Below are positions 1-9,451 of a stretch of DNA of 63,524 nucleotides, piece after piece. Numbering within the stretch: the stretch's first letter is position 1; each line of letters begins with the position of its first letter. The stretch covers positions 1 through 63,524 of the forward strand of contig JAFSAW010000074.1 of NCBI GenBank assembly GCA_017442085.1, read 5' to 3'. A program made the position numbers and the translations under genes. The DNA is from Oscillospiraceae bacterium (GTDB taxonomy: Bacteria > Bacillota > Clostridia > Oscillospirales > Ruminococcaceae). The notes beneath the pieces are model-generated. The model was not told the origin of the DNA and did no database searches. It saw only the letters and a program-made list of their open reading frames with translations.

Positions 1-2
1 GC

Positions 3-896
3 AAGTCCCTGATGGATTTACCTCCACAGGTTAAAAAGCTTCAGCTTTTGTTCTGTGTTGCCGACCGCAACGGCGATGTATGTATACCAAAAGGTTCGTT
101 TGTTCCTAAAGCAGGTGACAAACTTTATATCATCGGTCAGCCTTTTGGTCTTGACAAGTTTTTCCGCATGCTTGGCAGATATACACCAAAAATCAAAAAA
201 GTATTTTTGGTTGGTGGCGGCAAAATTTCAGCTTATCTTATTGAAATGCTGCACAATATGAATATCAAACTTAAAGTTGTTGACCGTGACGAGACAAAAT
301 GCCGCGAAATTGCACAGCTTTTTCCTGATGTTATCACAATAAACGGTGACGGCAGTGACCATGAACTGTTGGAAGAGGAAAACCTGCAGTCTTATGATGC
401 CTTTGTTGCCCTTACCGGACGTGACGAAGATAATCTTATCATTTCTCTTTACGCCATGCAGCAGGGTGTTTCAAAAACAATAACCAAATGCAACAGACAA
501 AACTATATCGGTATTGCAAGAAGCATGGGGCTTAACAGCATTGTTTCGGCAAAGTATGTTACTGCTTCCCACATTCTGCATCTTGTAAGAGGTATGAAAA
601 ACAGTCAGGGCAGCGTTATGAACAGCTTGCACAGAATTGCTGACGGAGATGCCGAAGCAATGGAATTTAAAGTTACATCCAACACAAAAAACCTTGGTAT
701 TCCTCTTAAAGACCTTAAGCTTAAACCTGATGTTCTGCTGGCTGTTATTATGCGCAAGGGTACAATCATAATTCCTGAAGGTTCCACCTGTCTTGAACCT
801 GATGATAATGTAATTATCATCACCAGCGGCAGCTTTATTCTTGACCTTAATGATATTTATATAGACAATGACACAAACAGCGGAGGTTATAACTGA
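3..896 (+). CDS. trkA: Trk system K+ uptake protein TrkA (NAD-binding RCK protein), 5'-truncated at window edge
   Basis: Frame is open from the window edge. Rossmann motif VFLVGGGKISAYL is followed by a TrkA_C-like domain. The stop overlaps the trkH ATG (TGATG at 894-898). Confidence 0.85.
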   Translation, partial: KSLMDLPPQVKKLQLLFCVADRNGDVCIPKGSFVPKAGDKLYIIGQPFGLDKFFRMLGRYTPKIKKVFLVGGGKISAYLIEMLHNMNIKLKVVDRDETKCREIAQLFPDVITINGDGSDHELLEEENLQSYDAFVALTGRDEDNLIISLYAMQQGVSKTITKCNRQNYIGIARSMGLNSIVSAKYVTASHILHLVRGMKNSQGSVMNSLHRIADGDAEAMEFKVTSNTKNLGIPLKDLKLKPDVLLAVIMRKGTIIIPEGSTCLEPDDNVIIITSGSFILDLNDIYIDNDTNSGGYN

Positions 897-2332
897 TGAA
901 TCTCAAGGTTGTTTTAAAAATTGTCGGCCGTGTTATAACAATGGAAGCCATTGTTATGCTTATTCCTACTTTGGTGGCATTTTTTTACGGCGAAAGTCTT
1001 GAACCATTTTTCATCACCATTCTTCTGATGCTTTTTACCGGTATTATTCTTGCCAGCATCAATGCCACAAAAGAATTTTTTATCAGAGAAGGCTTTTTTA
1101 CGGTTGGGCTTATATGGCTTGCAACAGGCTTTTTCGGTGCTTTGCCATTTTATTATTCGGGATATTTTCCATCTTTTATGGTTTGTCTGTTTGAATCCTG
1201 CTCCGGTTTTACAACCACCGGTTCTTCAATACTGACAAATATCGAGGCTTTGCCAAAGGGCATTCTGTTCTGGCGTTCTCTCACACACTGGCTTGGCGGC
1301 ATGGGTGTGCTTGTGCTTGCCACAGCACTTATTCCAACTATAGGCATACGCACAAAATATCTTACTCAGGCAGAATCTCCAGGTCCTGTTTTCTCAAAAC
1401 TTGTTCCAAAACAGGCGCAGACATCCAAAATTCTTTATGCCATCTACTGTTTTCTTACTGTAGCTGAAGCTATATGTCTGCGTATTGCAGGAATGCCCTG
1501 GTATGACAGCTTTATCCATGCATTCGGCACTGCCGGCACCGGCGGCTTTTCTAATATGAACGCCAGCGTTGGTGCTTATGACAGCATGGCAATAGATATG
1601 ATTATATCTGTATTTATTCTGCTGTTCTCCATTAACTTTGCAATGTATTTCCTGCTTCTTACCCGCAGATTTAAAGAAATTATAAAGAGTGACGAACTTA
1701 GATTTTTTATCTTTATAGTTGCATCTGCAACTGCAATAGTATGTCTGAATATCCGTCCGCTGTATGCAGACTGGACAGAAACTTTCCGCTATGCATTTTT
1801 CCAGGTTTGTTCTATAATCTCTACCACCGGGTTTGCTACAACTGACTGGCTGTACTGGCCACAAATCTGTCAGATGATATTTATTATGCTTATGTTCTGC
1901 GGCGCATGTGCAGGCAGTACCGGCGGCGGTATGAAATGTTCACGTATTCTGGTTATCTTCAGAACCATAAGACGTGAAATCCATCATATCATTCATCCAC
2001 GTTCTGTTGAAGTTATAAAGCTTGACGGCAAAGTTGTAGAAGAAAAAACCATAAATTCTATCCTCACCTTTGCCTGCTGTTATGTTATGATTATACTTGC
2101 AGGTGCTTTGGTTGTTTGCCTTGACGGATTTGGTTTCAATGAATCATTTACCGCTGCACTTACATGTGTAAGTAATATTGGGCCTGGTTTGGGTGTATTT
2201 GGTCCTGCCGGCAACTTTGCAACGCTTTCGGGCTTTTCCAAAGGATTTTTATCCTTCTGCATGATAATCGGCAGATTGGAAATATTCCCGATTTTAGTAT
2301 TGCTCAGTCCTTCAGCATGGCATCGTGCTTAA
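896..2332 (+). CDS. trkH: Trk/Ktr-type K+ transporter membrane subunit TrkH
   Basis: 478-aa polytopic membrane protein with repeated pore-loop motifs (TTTGSS, GTGGFS, TTGFAT, STGGGMK) typical of TrkH/KtrB. Translationally coupled to trkA. Confidence 0.9.
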   Translation: MNLKVVLKIVGRVITMEAIVMLIPTLVAFFYGESLEPFFITILLMLFTGIILASINATKEFFIREGFFTVGLIWLATGFFGALPFYYSGYFPSFMVCLFESCSGFTTTGSSILTNIEALPKGILFWRSLTHWLGGMGVLVLATALIPTIGIRTKYLTQAESPGPVFSKLVPKQAQTSKILYAIYCFLTVAEAICLRIAGMPWYDSFIHAFGTAGTGGFSNMNASVGAYDSMAIDMIISVFILLFSINFAMYFLLLTRRFKEIIKSDELRFFIFIVASATAIVCLNIRPLYADWTETFRYAFFQVCSIISTTGFATTDWLYWPQICQMIFIMLMFCGACAGSTGGGMKCSRILVIFRTIRREIHHIIHPRSVEVIKLDGKVVEEKTINSILTFACCYVMIILAGALVVCLDGFGFNESFTAALTCVSNIGPGLGVFGPAGNFATLSGFSKGFLSFCMIIGRLEIFPILVLLSPSAWHRA

Positions 2333-2348
2333 AAATTAATAAAAAGTT

Positions 2349-2386
2349 AACAGCCTTTCCATTTATCTGGAAAGGCTGTTTTTTTA
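2349..2386. terminator. Bidirectional Rho-independent terminator between trkH and nfnB
   Basis: 12-bp perfect stem aacagcctttcc/ggaaaggctgtt with a 7-8 nt loop, flanked by an A-run and a T-run. Confidence 0.8.
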
Positions 2387-2391
2387 CAGTA

Positions 2392-3780
2392 TTATTTTTC
2401 GCTTAACATTTTGTCTATAGCTGCCGCTGCCTGTTTGCCTGCACCCATTGCAAGAATAACAGTTGCCGCACCGGTAACGGCATCACCGCCTGCATAAACT
2501 GCATCCCGTGTTGTCAGACCGTCTTCGCCGTTTGTTACTATACATCCCCATTTGTCTGTTTCCAGACCATCTGTGGTTGATGAAATAAGCGGATTAGGGC
2601 TTGTGCCGATAGACATAATCATTGTGTCTATATCTATTACAAATTCGCTGTCAGGCTTTACCACAGGACGTCTGCGGCCTGATGCATCAGGTTCGCCCAG
2701 CATCATTTCCACACATTTTATCGCCTTTACTTCGCCGTTTTCGTCACCGATAACTTCCACAGGGTTTGTGAGAAGCTTAAAGATAATGCCCTCTTCCTGT
2801 GCATGTTCAATTTCTTCCAGACGGGCAGGCAGTTCCTGCATACCGCGACGGTAAACTATGTAAACATTTTCTGCACCAAGGCGTTTTGCACTGCGGGCTG
2901 CATCCATTGCAACGTTGCCGCCGCCCACAACTGCAACATTGCGGCTTTTGCGGATTGGTGTTTTGCTGGTTGGCAGATAGGCTTTCATAAGGTTTACACG
3001 GGTAAGATACTCGTTTGCACTGTATACGCCTTTAAGGCTTTCACCAGGTATGCCCATAAACTTTGGCAGACCTGCACCGCTGCCGATATAAACTGCTTCA
3101 AAACCATTTTCAAACAATTCGTCTATTGTAAGGATTTTGCCGATAACCATATTGGTTTCGATTTTAACGCCAAGTGCTTTAAGATTGTCAATTTCGTATT
3201 TTACGATATCTTTTGGCAGACGGAATTCCGGAATGCCATATACCAATACGCCGCCTGCTGTGTGCAAAGCTTCGTAAATTGTAACATCATAACCTTTTTT
3301 TGCCAGTTCGCCTGCACAGGTAAGCCCTGTAGGGCCTGCACCGATAACTGCCACCTTTTTGCCGTTTGACTGAACAGGCTGTGGTTTTTCTGTGCAGTGT
3401 TCACGATGCCAGTCGGCAACAAAGCGTTCCAGACGGCCAATAGCCACGCTTTCGCCTTTTAATGCACGCACACATTTGCCTTCGCACTGTGTTTCCTGCG
3501 GACATACACGGCCGCATACAGCAGGCAGGCTTGTCTGCTGTGACAGAATTTCGTAGGCTTTTTCTATATCACCCTTTGCAACTTCTGCAATAAAAGCAGG
3601 AATATCAATAAAAACAGGACATCCGCTGATACACGGCTTATGCTTGCAGTTGAGACAGCGTTTTGCCTCGTCCATTGCCATTTCCAGTGTGTAGCCAAGT
3701 GCAACCTCGCCGAAATTTTTATTGCGAACCATTGGGTCCTGACTTGGCATAGGGCATTTGTTTGGATTTGTATTTACCAT
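2392..3780 (-). CDS. nfnB: NADH-dependent reduced ferredoxin:NADP+ oxidoreductase large subunit (NfnB / GltD / SudA family)
   Basis: Two N-terminal Cys clusters (CLNCKHKPCISGCP, CGRVCPQETQCEGKC) and two dinucleotide-binding motifs (VAVIGAGPTGL, VAVVGGGNVAMD). 1-nt TAATG overlap with the upstream PyrK-like subunit. Confidence 0.8.
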   Translation of the reverse strand: MVNTNPNKCPMPSQDPMVRNKNFGEVALGYTLEMAMDEAKRCLNCKHKPCISGCPVFIDIPAFIAEVAKGDIEKAYEILSQQTSLPAVCGRVCPQETQCEGKCVRALKGESVAIGRLERFVADWHREHCTEKPQPVQSNGKKVAVIGAGPTGLTCAGELAKKGYDVTIYEALHTAGGVLVYGIPEFRLPKDIVKYEIDNLKALGVKIETNMVIGKILTIDELFENGFEAVYIGSGAGLPKFMGIPGESLKGVYSANEYLTRVNLMKAYLPTSKTPIRKSRNVAVVGGGNVAMDAARSAKRLGAENVYIVYRRGMQELPARLEEIEHAQEEGIIFKLLTNPVEVIGDENGEVKAIKCVEMMLGEPDASGRRRPVVKPDSEFVIDIDTMIMSIGTSPNPLISSTTDGLETDKWGCIVTNGEDGLTTRDAVYAGGDAVTGAATVILAMGAGKQAAAAIDKMLSEK

Positions 3781-4628
3781 TATTCTGCCTCCTTGCTGAA
3801 AAGGTTGCAGGCTGCTTCCCTTTTGCGTGTTTCAAATTCTTTATACATTGAAGAACGGCTGATAGCTTCGTCAAAATCCACCTTGTGACCGTCAAAGTCA
3901 GGGCCGTCAACGCAGGCAAACTGTGTTTTGCCGTCAACAGTAAGGCGGCAGCCACCGCACATACCTGTGCCGTCAACCATAACAGGATTCATTGACACTG
4001 TGGTTTTAATACCGTATTTTTCGGTAACTCTGCAGACAAATTTCATCATAACCAAAGGACCGATTGCAATAACCTCATCATACTGTTCGCCGCTGTTGAT
4101 AAGCGCTTCCAGCGCATTGGTAACAAGACCTTTTTCGCCATATGAGCCGTCGTCTGTCATAATAACCAGTTTATCACTTGCTGCCCTGAACTCATCTTCA
4201 AGTATAAGCAGGTCTTTATTTCTGAAACCTACAACACTGTGAACACAGCAGCCGTTTTCTTTAAGTTTTTTTGCAACAGGATAAGCAATTGCACAGCCCA
4301 CACCGCCGCCGATAACAGCAACTTTTTTAAGCCCGTCAAGCTGACTTGGTTTGCCCAAAGGGCCTGCAAAGTCACATATATTATCGTTTTCACATAGTGT
4401 GGCAAGTTCCATTGTGCCCTCGCCTACAAGCTGAAAAATAATTGTTACTGTACCGTTTTCTGCATCGTAGTCAGAAATTGTAAGCGGTATTCTCTCGCTG
4501 TCTTCCAATGCACGCAGAATAACAAACTGCCCCGGCTGTGCTTTTTTTGCAATCAGCGGTGCATCTATAACCATTTTGCAAACGGTTGGATTTAAAAAAT
4601 CTTTTTTAAGAATTTTGTACATAATCAA
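3780..4628 (-). CDS. nfnA: NfnA / SudB-type flavoprotein subunit (ferredoxin-NADP reductase-like, 2Fe-2S)
   Basis: 282-aa PyrK-like FAD/NAD-binding fold with a C-terminal Cys motif (GMCGGCRLTVDGKTQFACVDGP). Paired with nfnB. Confidence 0.8.
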   Translation of the reverse strand: MIMYKILKKDFLNPTVCKMVIDAPLIAKKAQPGQFVILRALEDSERIPLTISDYDAENGTVTIIFQLVGEGTMELATLCENDNICDFAGPLGKPSQLDGLKKVAVIGGGVGCAIAYPVAKKLKENGCCVHSVVGFRNKDLLILEDEFRAASDKLVIMTDDGSYGEKGLVTNALEALINSGEQYDEVIAIGPLVMMKFVCRVTEKYGIKTTVSMNPVMVDGTGMCGGCRLTVDGKTQFACVDGPDFDGHKVDFDEAISRSSMYKEFETRKREAACNLFSKEAE

Positions 4629-4715
4629 AAGTTCCTTTGTAAAAACTGTATCTATAAAATTATACTATATTTATAACAATCTCTGCAAGACAGTAAATAT
4701 GGAAATATACATCAT

Positions 4716-4751
4716 AAAAACCGAACTGCTTACAGTTAAACAGTCCGGTTT
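4716..4751 (-). terminator. Terminator downstream of the lipoprotein gene
   Basis: Minus strand reads aaaccggactg-loop-cagttcggttttt (one mismatch in the stem) followed by a T-run. Confidence 0.6.
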
Positions 4752-4756
4752 GAATT

Positions 4757-5398
4757 TTACTTTGATATTTCTGCTGCTGTTACAGTGCCGTCAAAGAAAT
4801 CTGCAATCTGCTGTGCAGAATCAGTTGGAAATTCGTCATAGGAAATAAACATGGCTGAAGCCGAAACCGTACTGTCTTCCCCTGCGGTAAAGGTTACTGC
4901 CACAGGAAAACCGTTTTCGTAAACGTAAATATAGATAGCGGTATCATTTATTTCACTGTTTACAAAGGTTTTGCCCGCTGTGCATACAGTGGTTGCCGCA
5001 AGATTTTCGGCACCGCCCATCGCGTTAACCTGTGTTATCAGTGCTGCAATTGTTTTGTTTGAAATCATATCTTTTAGATCTTCTGACAGACCACTGATTT
5101 CGTCTGATGATTTATACAAAGTCAGAAATTCTGCGGCAGGAGCAAGCCCGTAAACTGTTTTTGGCGATGAATAATCACCCTTTCCAAACTCTGAAGCAAT
5201 TTCGCTTATTCTTGGGCTGCCTGTATAAATCGCCATATATTCTTCGCTTTTTGCCATTTCCTCCACCAAAGCAACAAGCTCAAGGCCGTGGTCATAAAGG
5301 CTTTTTTCGCTGTTGTTTTCATTATCTGAGCAACCCGCAAAATACAGTATCATTATTGCAGCCAAAGTTGCAAATATTATTGTTATTATCTTTTTCAT
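4757..5398 (-). CDS. Uncharacterised lipoprotein
   Basis: Signal peptide with lipobox (ILYFAGC-SD). GGGAGA RBS 8 nt upstream. Last gene of a co-directional string. Confidence 0.6.
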   Translation of the reverse strand: MKKIITIIFATLAAIMILYFAGCSDNENNSEKSLYDHGLELVALVEEMAKSEEYMAIYTGSPRISEIASEFGKGDYSSPKTVYGLAPAAEFLTLYKSSDEISGLSEDLKDMISNKTIAALITQVNAMGGAENLAATTVCTAGKTFVNSEINDTAIYIYVYENGFPVAVTFTAGEDSTVSASAMFISYDEFPTDSAQQIADFFDGTVTAAEISK

Positions 5399-5421
5399 TT
5401 ATTTTCTCCCATTGAATATTA

Positions 5422-6309
5422 TCAGAAAATACCAGGTATTATATGCGCAAGCCATAAGCCTGTGGCAAAGCTGGCAAGGTTTGCGGCAAAGGCATATGCT
5501 GCAGCTTTACCCCGTTTTGCAGGTTTTGACGAAAACTTTTTAAGCAGTAGGCTGTATACAGCAGCTTCAATTGCAAAAACTGCAATTTCGAACAGTATAA
5601 AATAAAAAGTAAACGCCATTGAACCGCTGTTGTAATTAACAATATTGAGTGACACATTAAGCACTATCTGTGTGATAATATTTACCACTGCAATAAAAGT
5701 GAGGGTTTTCTTTTCGCGGTAACCAAACATAAACGCTATTGCAATTTCCAGCAGAATTGTTGCCACAATGCGCGCCGCAAGAGAAATTATTTCCCAGGTG
5801 AAGTCATAGCTTTTTTCTGCTTTCAGCATCTGCCCGGCATACATATCCGAAATAATATCCACTGTATAATAACTGTCAAAAGCGTATCTTTCGTAGATAT
5901 CACTCATAAAGTATATATCTGTTTCAGGAAAATAAAGCAGAATTTTAAATTTAGATGGCGGATAATATGTCCAGTCAAGCTGATGAGTTTCGGTGCAGTC
6001 CCATACTTCCTGCAGAAAATAATATCCGTCTTTGTCAACATAATCCGCAAAAGCCTGCCATATTTCTTTGCTGTAATTGTAGTGCTGCTCGTGCCCTGCA
6101 ACACCGTCCCAGGCCGATGACGGCCCCGTGGATTTGCGCTCTGAAAGCAAAGTTGCATAGTACACTGTGCCGTTTTCATATATTGTGCTGTCATTTACAC
6201 CATTAAAGGTTATATGTACCGACGGCTTTGGCCCGATATCTGCCGAAGCTGTAAACGCAAAGGAAAAGATAACTATAAAAGGTAATATTACAGATAAAAG
6301 TTTTTTCAT
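5422..6309 (-). CDS. Uncharacterised secreted-domain plus 4-5 TM membrane protein
   Basis: I place the start at ATG 6309 (MKKLLSVILPFIVIFSFAFTASA signal peptide, RBS AGGGTGAG). A Trp/Tyr-rich extracytoplasmic domain is followed by a C-terminal TM bundle. The longer track ORF to 6450 overlaps the upstream gene. Confidence 0.55.
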   Translation of the reverse strand: MKKLLSVILPFIVIFSFAFTASADIGPKPSVHITFNGVNDSTIYENGTVYYATLLSERKSTGPSSAWDGVAGHEQHYNYSKEIWQAFADYVDKDGYYFLQEVWDCTETHQLDWTYYPPSKFKILLYFPETDIYFMSDIYERYAFDSYYTVDIISDMYAGQMLKAEKSYDFTWEIISLAARIVATILLEIAIAFMFGYREKKTLTFIAVVNIITQIVLNVSLNIVNYNSGSMAFTFYFILFEIAVFAIEAAVYSLLLKKFSSKPAKRGKAAAYAFAANLASFATGLWLAHIIPGIF

Positions 6310-6314
6310 TTGGC

Positions 6315-6569
6315 TCACCCTTTCATCTTTTTTATTTTGCCTGCAAGTATAACAATATATCCTGCAAATATAACTGCTGACAAAACAACCAGACTGTATC
6401 TGCCTGTGCCAACACCTGCCCTGAACAGCAGAATGCACAGCCCCAGCCACAATGCTATTAAAAATACAGCCAGAACAATCTGTATAATCATCGGCACTTT
6501 TTTGCCTGCTGCCGCACTTACTGCACCATCAAGTATTATCTCAAGCACTAAAGTCAGCAAATTGTCCAT
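6315..6569 (-). CDS. Small 2-TM membrane protein (84 aa)
   Basis: RBS AAGAGGT upstream. Two hydrophobic helices. Tightly packed between its neighbours. Confidence 0.4.
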   Translation of the reverse strand: MDNLLTLVLEIILDGAVSAAAGKKVPMIIQIVLAVFLIALWLGLCILLFRAGVGTGRYSLVVLSAVIFAGYIVILAGKIKKMKG

Positions 6570-6595
6570 AGGTACCTCTTTTATATCTGTACTGT

Positions 6596-7114
6596 TTATA
6601 TTTTCTGTATTTCCAAGCCTGTTTTCTTTTCGATGAATTTACAAAATTCCTTTGGTGTGCCGTTGGTCATAGCTGTAAGGTCGTAAACCTGCGCGTGACG
6701 GCGGCTGAAAACAAAAACTATATAGTCGCCGCGTTTAGCTATTGCTTCAATATTTTTATATTTAAACTCGGTTGTGCCCACTTCGGTTGATGACACATAG
6801 TTGTCATCGTTGAATGTAACAACACCCTTTTCGCTGCCTTTTATCATTCGCTTTAACGCTATATATGCGTTAAGCCTGTCTTCAAAGATAAGTGCCATAA
6901 TTATGATTATGCCTGCAAGAGCTGTTACAAATGTGTTGAAACTGAATTTGTCTGCAAGCACAGATACTGCCACCAGCAGCACTGCCAAAGCAACAACAAT
7001 GATGCCAAATATATGGCTGCGCTTTGACCGTTTTTTGTGGGTTGTTTTGCGCACCGCCCTTGCCATAGCAGTGAGAGAATCCATATCGTAAACTGTATTG
7101 AAAACAAAATTCAT
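6596..7114 (-). CDS. YcxB-like membrane protein
   Basis: Start chosen at ATG 7114 (GGAGG 6 nt upstream). Two central TM helices are followed by a soluble C-terminal domain; the architecture resembles the YcxB family. Confidence 0.5.
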   Translation of the reverse strand: MNFVFNTVYDMDSLTAMARAVRKTTHKKRSKRSHIFGIIVVALAVLLVAVSVLADKFSFNTFVTALAGIIIIMALIFEDRLNAYIALKRMIKGSEKGVVTFNDDNYVSSTEVGTTEFKYKNIEAIAKRGDYIVFVFSRRHAQVYDLTAMTNGTPKEFCKFIEKKTGLEIQKI

Positions 7115-7189
7115 ATCTGCACCTCCGTTAATATACTTTTTCATATTAATTGTAAACAATCAAAGTGTATATTGTGTGTATGATGGATT

Positions 7190-7621
7190 TTATTTGCCAT
7201 TTGACTGTCCGTTTGCAAGTGTTATAAGACTGAATATCATTATTGTAAAAGAAATCAGCGCCGAGAGCATATAAAACACAGGATAGCTGCCGATGATTCT
7301 TAAACCGTAAAACAAGGCATCAGGCGGAAAAATAATTGGTACAAGAAGCACCGTGACTATACCGCCGCTCCAGTTGCCCATTACAGAACAAAAGCCGATT
7401 ATACATCCGACCATAGTATAAATGCCAAGAAATGCCGATGCCTTTGCCGCAGGTTTAAAGCGCAACATAAGCACCCAGAAGATAAGGTAAAAAACTGTTG
7501 CCGTAATGTTTGCCGCTGTTGGCGGACCGCCCATAAAGCCTGCAGAAAAGTTTATTGCCATAACTGCAACAGCACCAAGCAGAAGTGCCACCGTGCAGAT
7601 TGTCTGTATTTTGTTTTTCAT
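7190..7621 (-). CDS. 4-TM membrane protein, uncharacterised
   Basis: Start at ATG 7621 (MKNKIQT, GAGG RBS), 20 nt after the DUF2812 gene stop. Four predicted TM helices. Confidence 0.5.
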   Translation of the reverse strand: MKNKIQTICTVALLLGAVAVMAINFSAGFMGGPPTAANITATVFYLIFWVLMLRFKPAAKASAFLGIYTMVGCIIGFCSVMGNWSGGIVTVLLVPIIFPPDALFYGLRIIGSYPVFYMLSALISFTIMIFSLITLANGQSNGK

Positions 7622-7641
7622 ATAATTCGCCTCATTTCTTA

Positions 7642-9057
7642 TTAATGACATACTATTACACCACCAAGCTTTGCCCCGATATTGGCTTTTGCCTGCAATG
7701 TTATCTCCATATCAAAATCCGGCCGCAGGATAATTATGCTGTCGCTGTAGCAAAGCATATATTCGTTTTGCGGTTCATCACCAAGATAAAGCTGATAGGC
7801 ATATTCTGCACCCCATTCTGATGCAGGTATTTCCACTGCTCTTTCAAAAATTTCCCATTCTTCGTAAGTTACACCAAAATTGCGCGGAAAATCTTTGAGC
7901 ATCTGTTTGTGTGCAAAATTGTATAAAAACGGTGCTTTTATCTTTACCAGTGTGTACTGCAAATCCGGCTGTTCAAGGTCGTCCATTCTGGGGCGCTGAT
8001 AGGCATTGTGCTTTGACATAATCAGGGATTCATCACCATACCAGCTGGTTGAGTAGCCATCGTAGTTGGTTTCGATAATATCTTCCACCCTCAAAGGCAG
8101 TTCATCGTCATAAACCTTCCACTGCATACCCTTGTATTCGTAGGTATAGGCAGCTTCCTTGTCAAACCAGCCTGCATCCATAACTTTGTTGGTAACAGTA
8201 AAAAGCAAAACACCTGTAACGCCAAATGCCATAACAATGGTTATAACTATTGTTGCCACCTTGTTTGCCGCAGCCGAAACCCTGAACCTTTTAAGCAGGT
8301 TGGAAAATCCCCACACCGCCATGGACATAACAGCCACAACGCAGGAAGATATAACCGCTATAAATGCAAATCTTGGCTCTATGGTTAACAGGAAAACCGC
8401 AAATATGGCCAGAACAAACCACATAAGTGCAATTTCTATTTTTCGGTATCCCTTTGTATCGGTAAAGCTGTTTGTTTCTTCAACAGCTTTTCGGGCCTTT
8501 TTGCGCCAGCTGAAGTAACCCAGAATTTCTATAAGGCACATTGCCAGCATAATGCTCCAGCAAAGTACCGAAAACAGGCTTGAGTTGCGGGACAGCCAGT
8601 CCAATGGGTCTGTGGAAAACTGCCACAGCTGAAGCAACAGCTGAAGCACACCGCAGGCGGTAAGTATATAAAAACTTGGCAGATAGCTCTTTTTAGCAGA
8701 TTTTTCAATAGTTTCCAATTCTGTCTGAGGGTCGGTTTCGATAGGTACAGGATTTTCTGTTTCGTTGTAAAAAATCTGCATCTGTGCATTGTTTGATGCA
8801 AGCTTCCAGCCCGTGTGCTCGCAAAGCTCCCAAAAGCTTTTTTGATTTTCGCCCGGTACAGGGTCAAAAATTGATGCCTCTGGGAAATATGTAACTGAAA
8901 AATGTATTTTCTGTGGCTCTGTGCGGCGGAATTTCCAGCCATAAGAAGATATTTTTTCCAGCATCCAGCCCTTTTGTGCCTGCTTTTCCAAAAAAGCCTG
9001 AATACCCGTGCGGTCAAAAAATGTAAACTGCGCAAAAACACGTTTTGTCTTTCTCAT
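7642..9057 (-). CDS. DUF2812 domain-containing membrane protein (PadR-associated)
   Basis: N-terminus MRKTKRVFAQFTFFDRTGIQAFLEKQAQKGWMLEK is typical of DUF2812. Central TM cluster. 4-nt overlap with the upstream padR. Confidence 0.7.
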   Translation of the reverse strand: MRKTKRVFAQFTFFDRTGIQAFLEKQAQKGWMLEKISSYGWKFRRTEPQKIHFSVTYFPEASIFDPVPGENQKSFWELCEHTGWKLASNNAQMQIFYNETENPVPIETDPQTELETIEKSAKKSYLPSFYILTACGVLQLLLQLWQFSTDPLDWLSRNSSLFSVLCWSIMLAMCLIEILGYFSWRKKARKAVEETNSFTDTKGYRKIEIALMWFVLAIFAVFLLTIEPRFAFIAVISSCVVAVMSMAVWGFSNLLKRFRVSAAANKVATIVITIVMAFGVTGVLLFTVTNKVMDAGWFDKEAAYTYEYKGMQWKVYDDELPLRVEDIIETNYDGYSTSWYGDESLIMSKHNAYQRPRMDDLEQPDLQYTLVKIKAPFLYNFAHKQMLKDFPRNFGVTYEEWEIFERAVEIPASEWGAEYAYQLYLGDEPQNEYMLCYSDSIIILRPDFDMEITLQAKANIGAKLGGVIVCH

Positions 9058-9377
9058 TGCTGTTCCCCCTCTTCAAATATATTTTTGTAGTCTGTAAGCT
9101 GAGCTTTAAGTCTCTCGATTTCTTTATCCAGCGTTTCTTTGCCTTTTGGTGATATTATATAACTGCGTCGGCGGCCCTCCACCTTTGTTTCTTCGATATA
9201 TCCTTCTTCCAGAAACTGTTCCAGAAGGTTGTAAAGGGTGCCCGACCCCACATTAACCCTGCCATTTGTCATTGCAGGCACTTTATCCAGTATATCCATA
9301 CCGCAGCATTCGTCCTTTAAACACAGCAGTATATAGAACATCTGCTCTGTAAGTGTGTGGAATTTGGCTCTTGGCAA
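9054..9377 (-). CDS. PadR family transcriptional regulator (108 aa, TTG start)
   Basis: wHTH with GTLYNLLEQFLEEGYI and a C-terminal coiled coil. GGGAGG RBS lies 8 nt upstream of TTG 9377. The track model from 9491 reads through the operator repeats. Confidence 0.8.
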   Translation of the reverse strand: MPRAKFHTLTEQMFYILLCLKDECCGMDILDKVPAMTNGRVNVGSGTLYNLLEQFLEEGYIEETKVEGRRRSYIISPKGKETLDKEIERLKAQLTDYKNIFEEGEQQ

Positions 9378-9391
9378 TGAAGACACCTCCC

Positions 9392-9451
9392 ATTCTCGAT
9401 ATTCGAGATTATTTTCACTTTCAGTATATTCTCGATATTCGAGATTGTCAA
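9392..9451 (-). promoter_or_regulatory. padR promoter with two 19-bp operator-like repeats
   Basis: Minus strand: TTGACA (9451-9446), 17 nt, TATACT (9428-9423). attctcgatattcgagatt occurs at 9392-9410 and 9428-9446, each with the inverted repeat TCTCGA-N3-TCGAGA. One copy fills the -35/-10 spacer; the other lies in the leader. Confidence 0.65.

Noticed and set aside
6310-6450. A 47-aa N-terminal extension of the 5422-6450 track ORF.
   Set aside because: It overlaps the upstream 84-aa gene and precedes an obvious signal peptide with its own RBS at ATG 6309.
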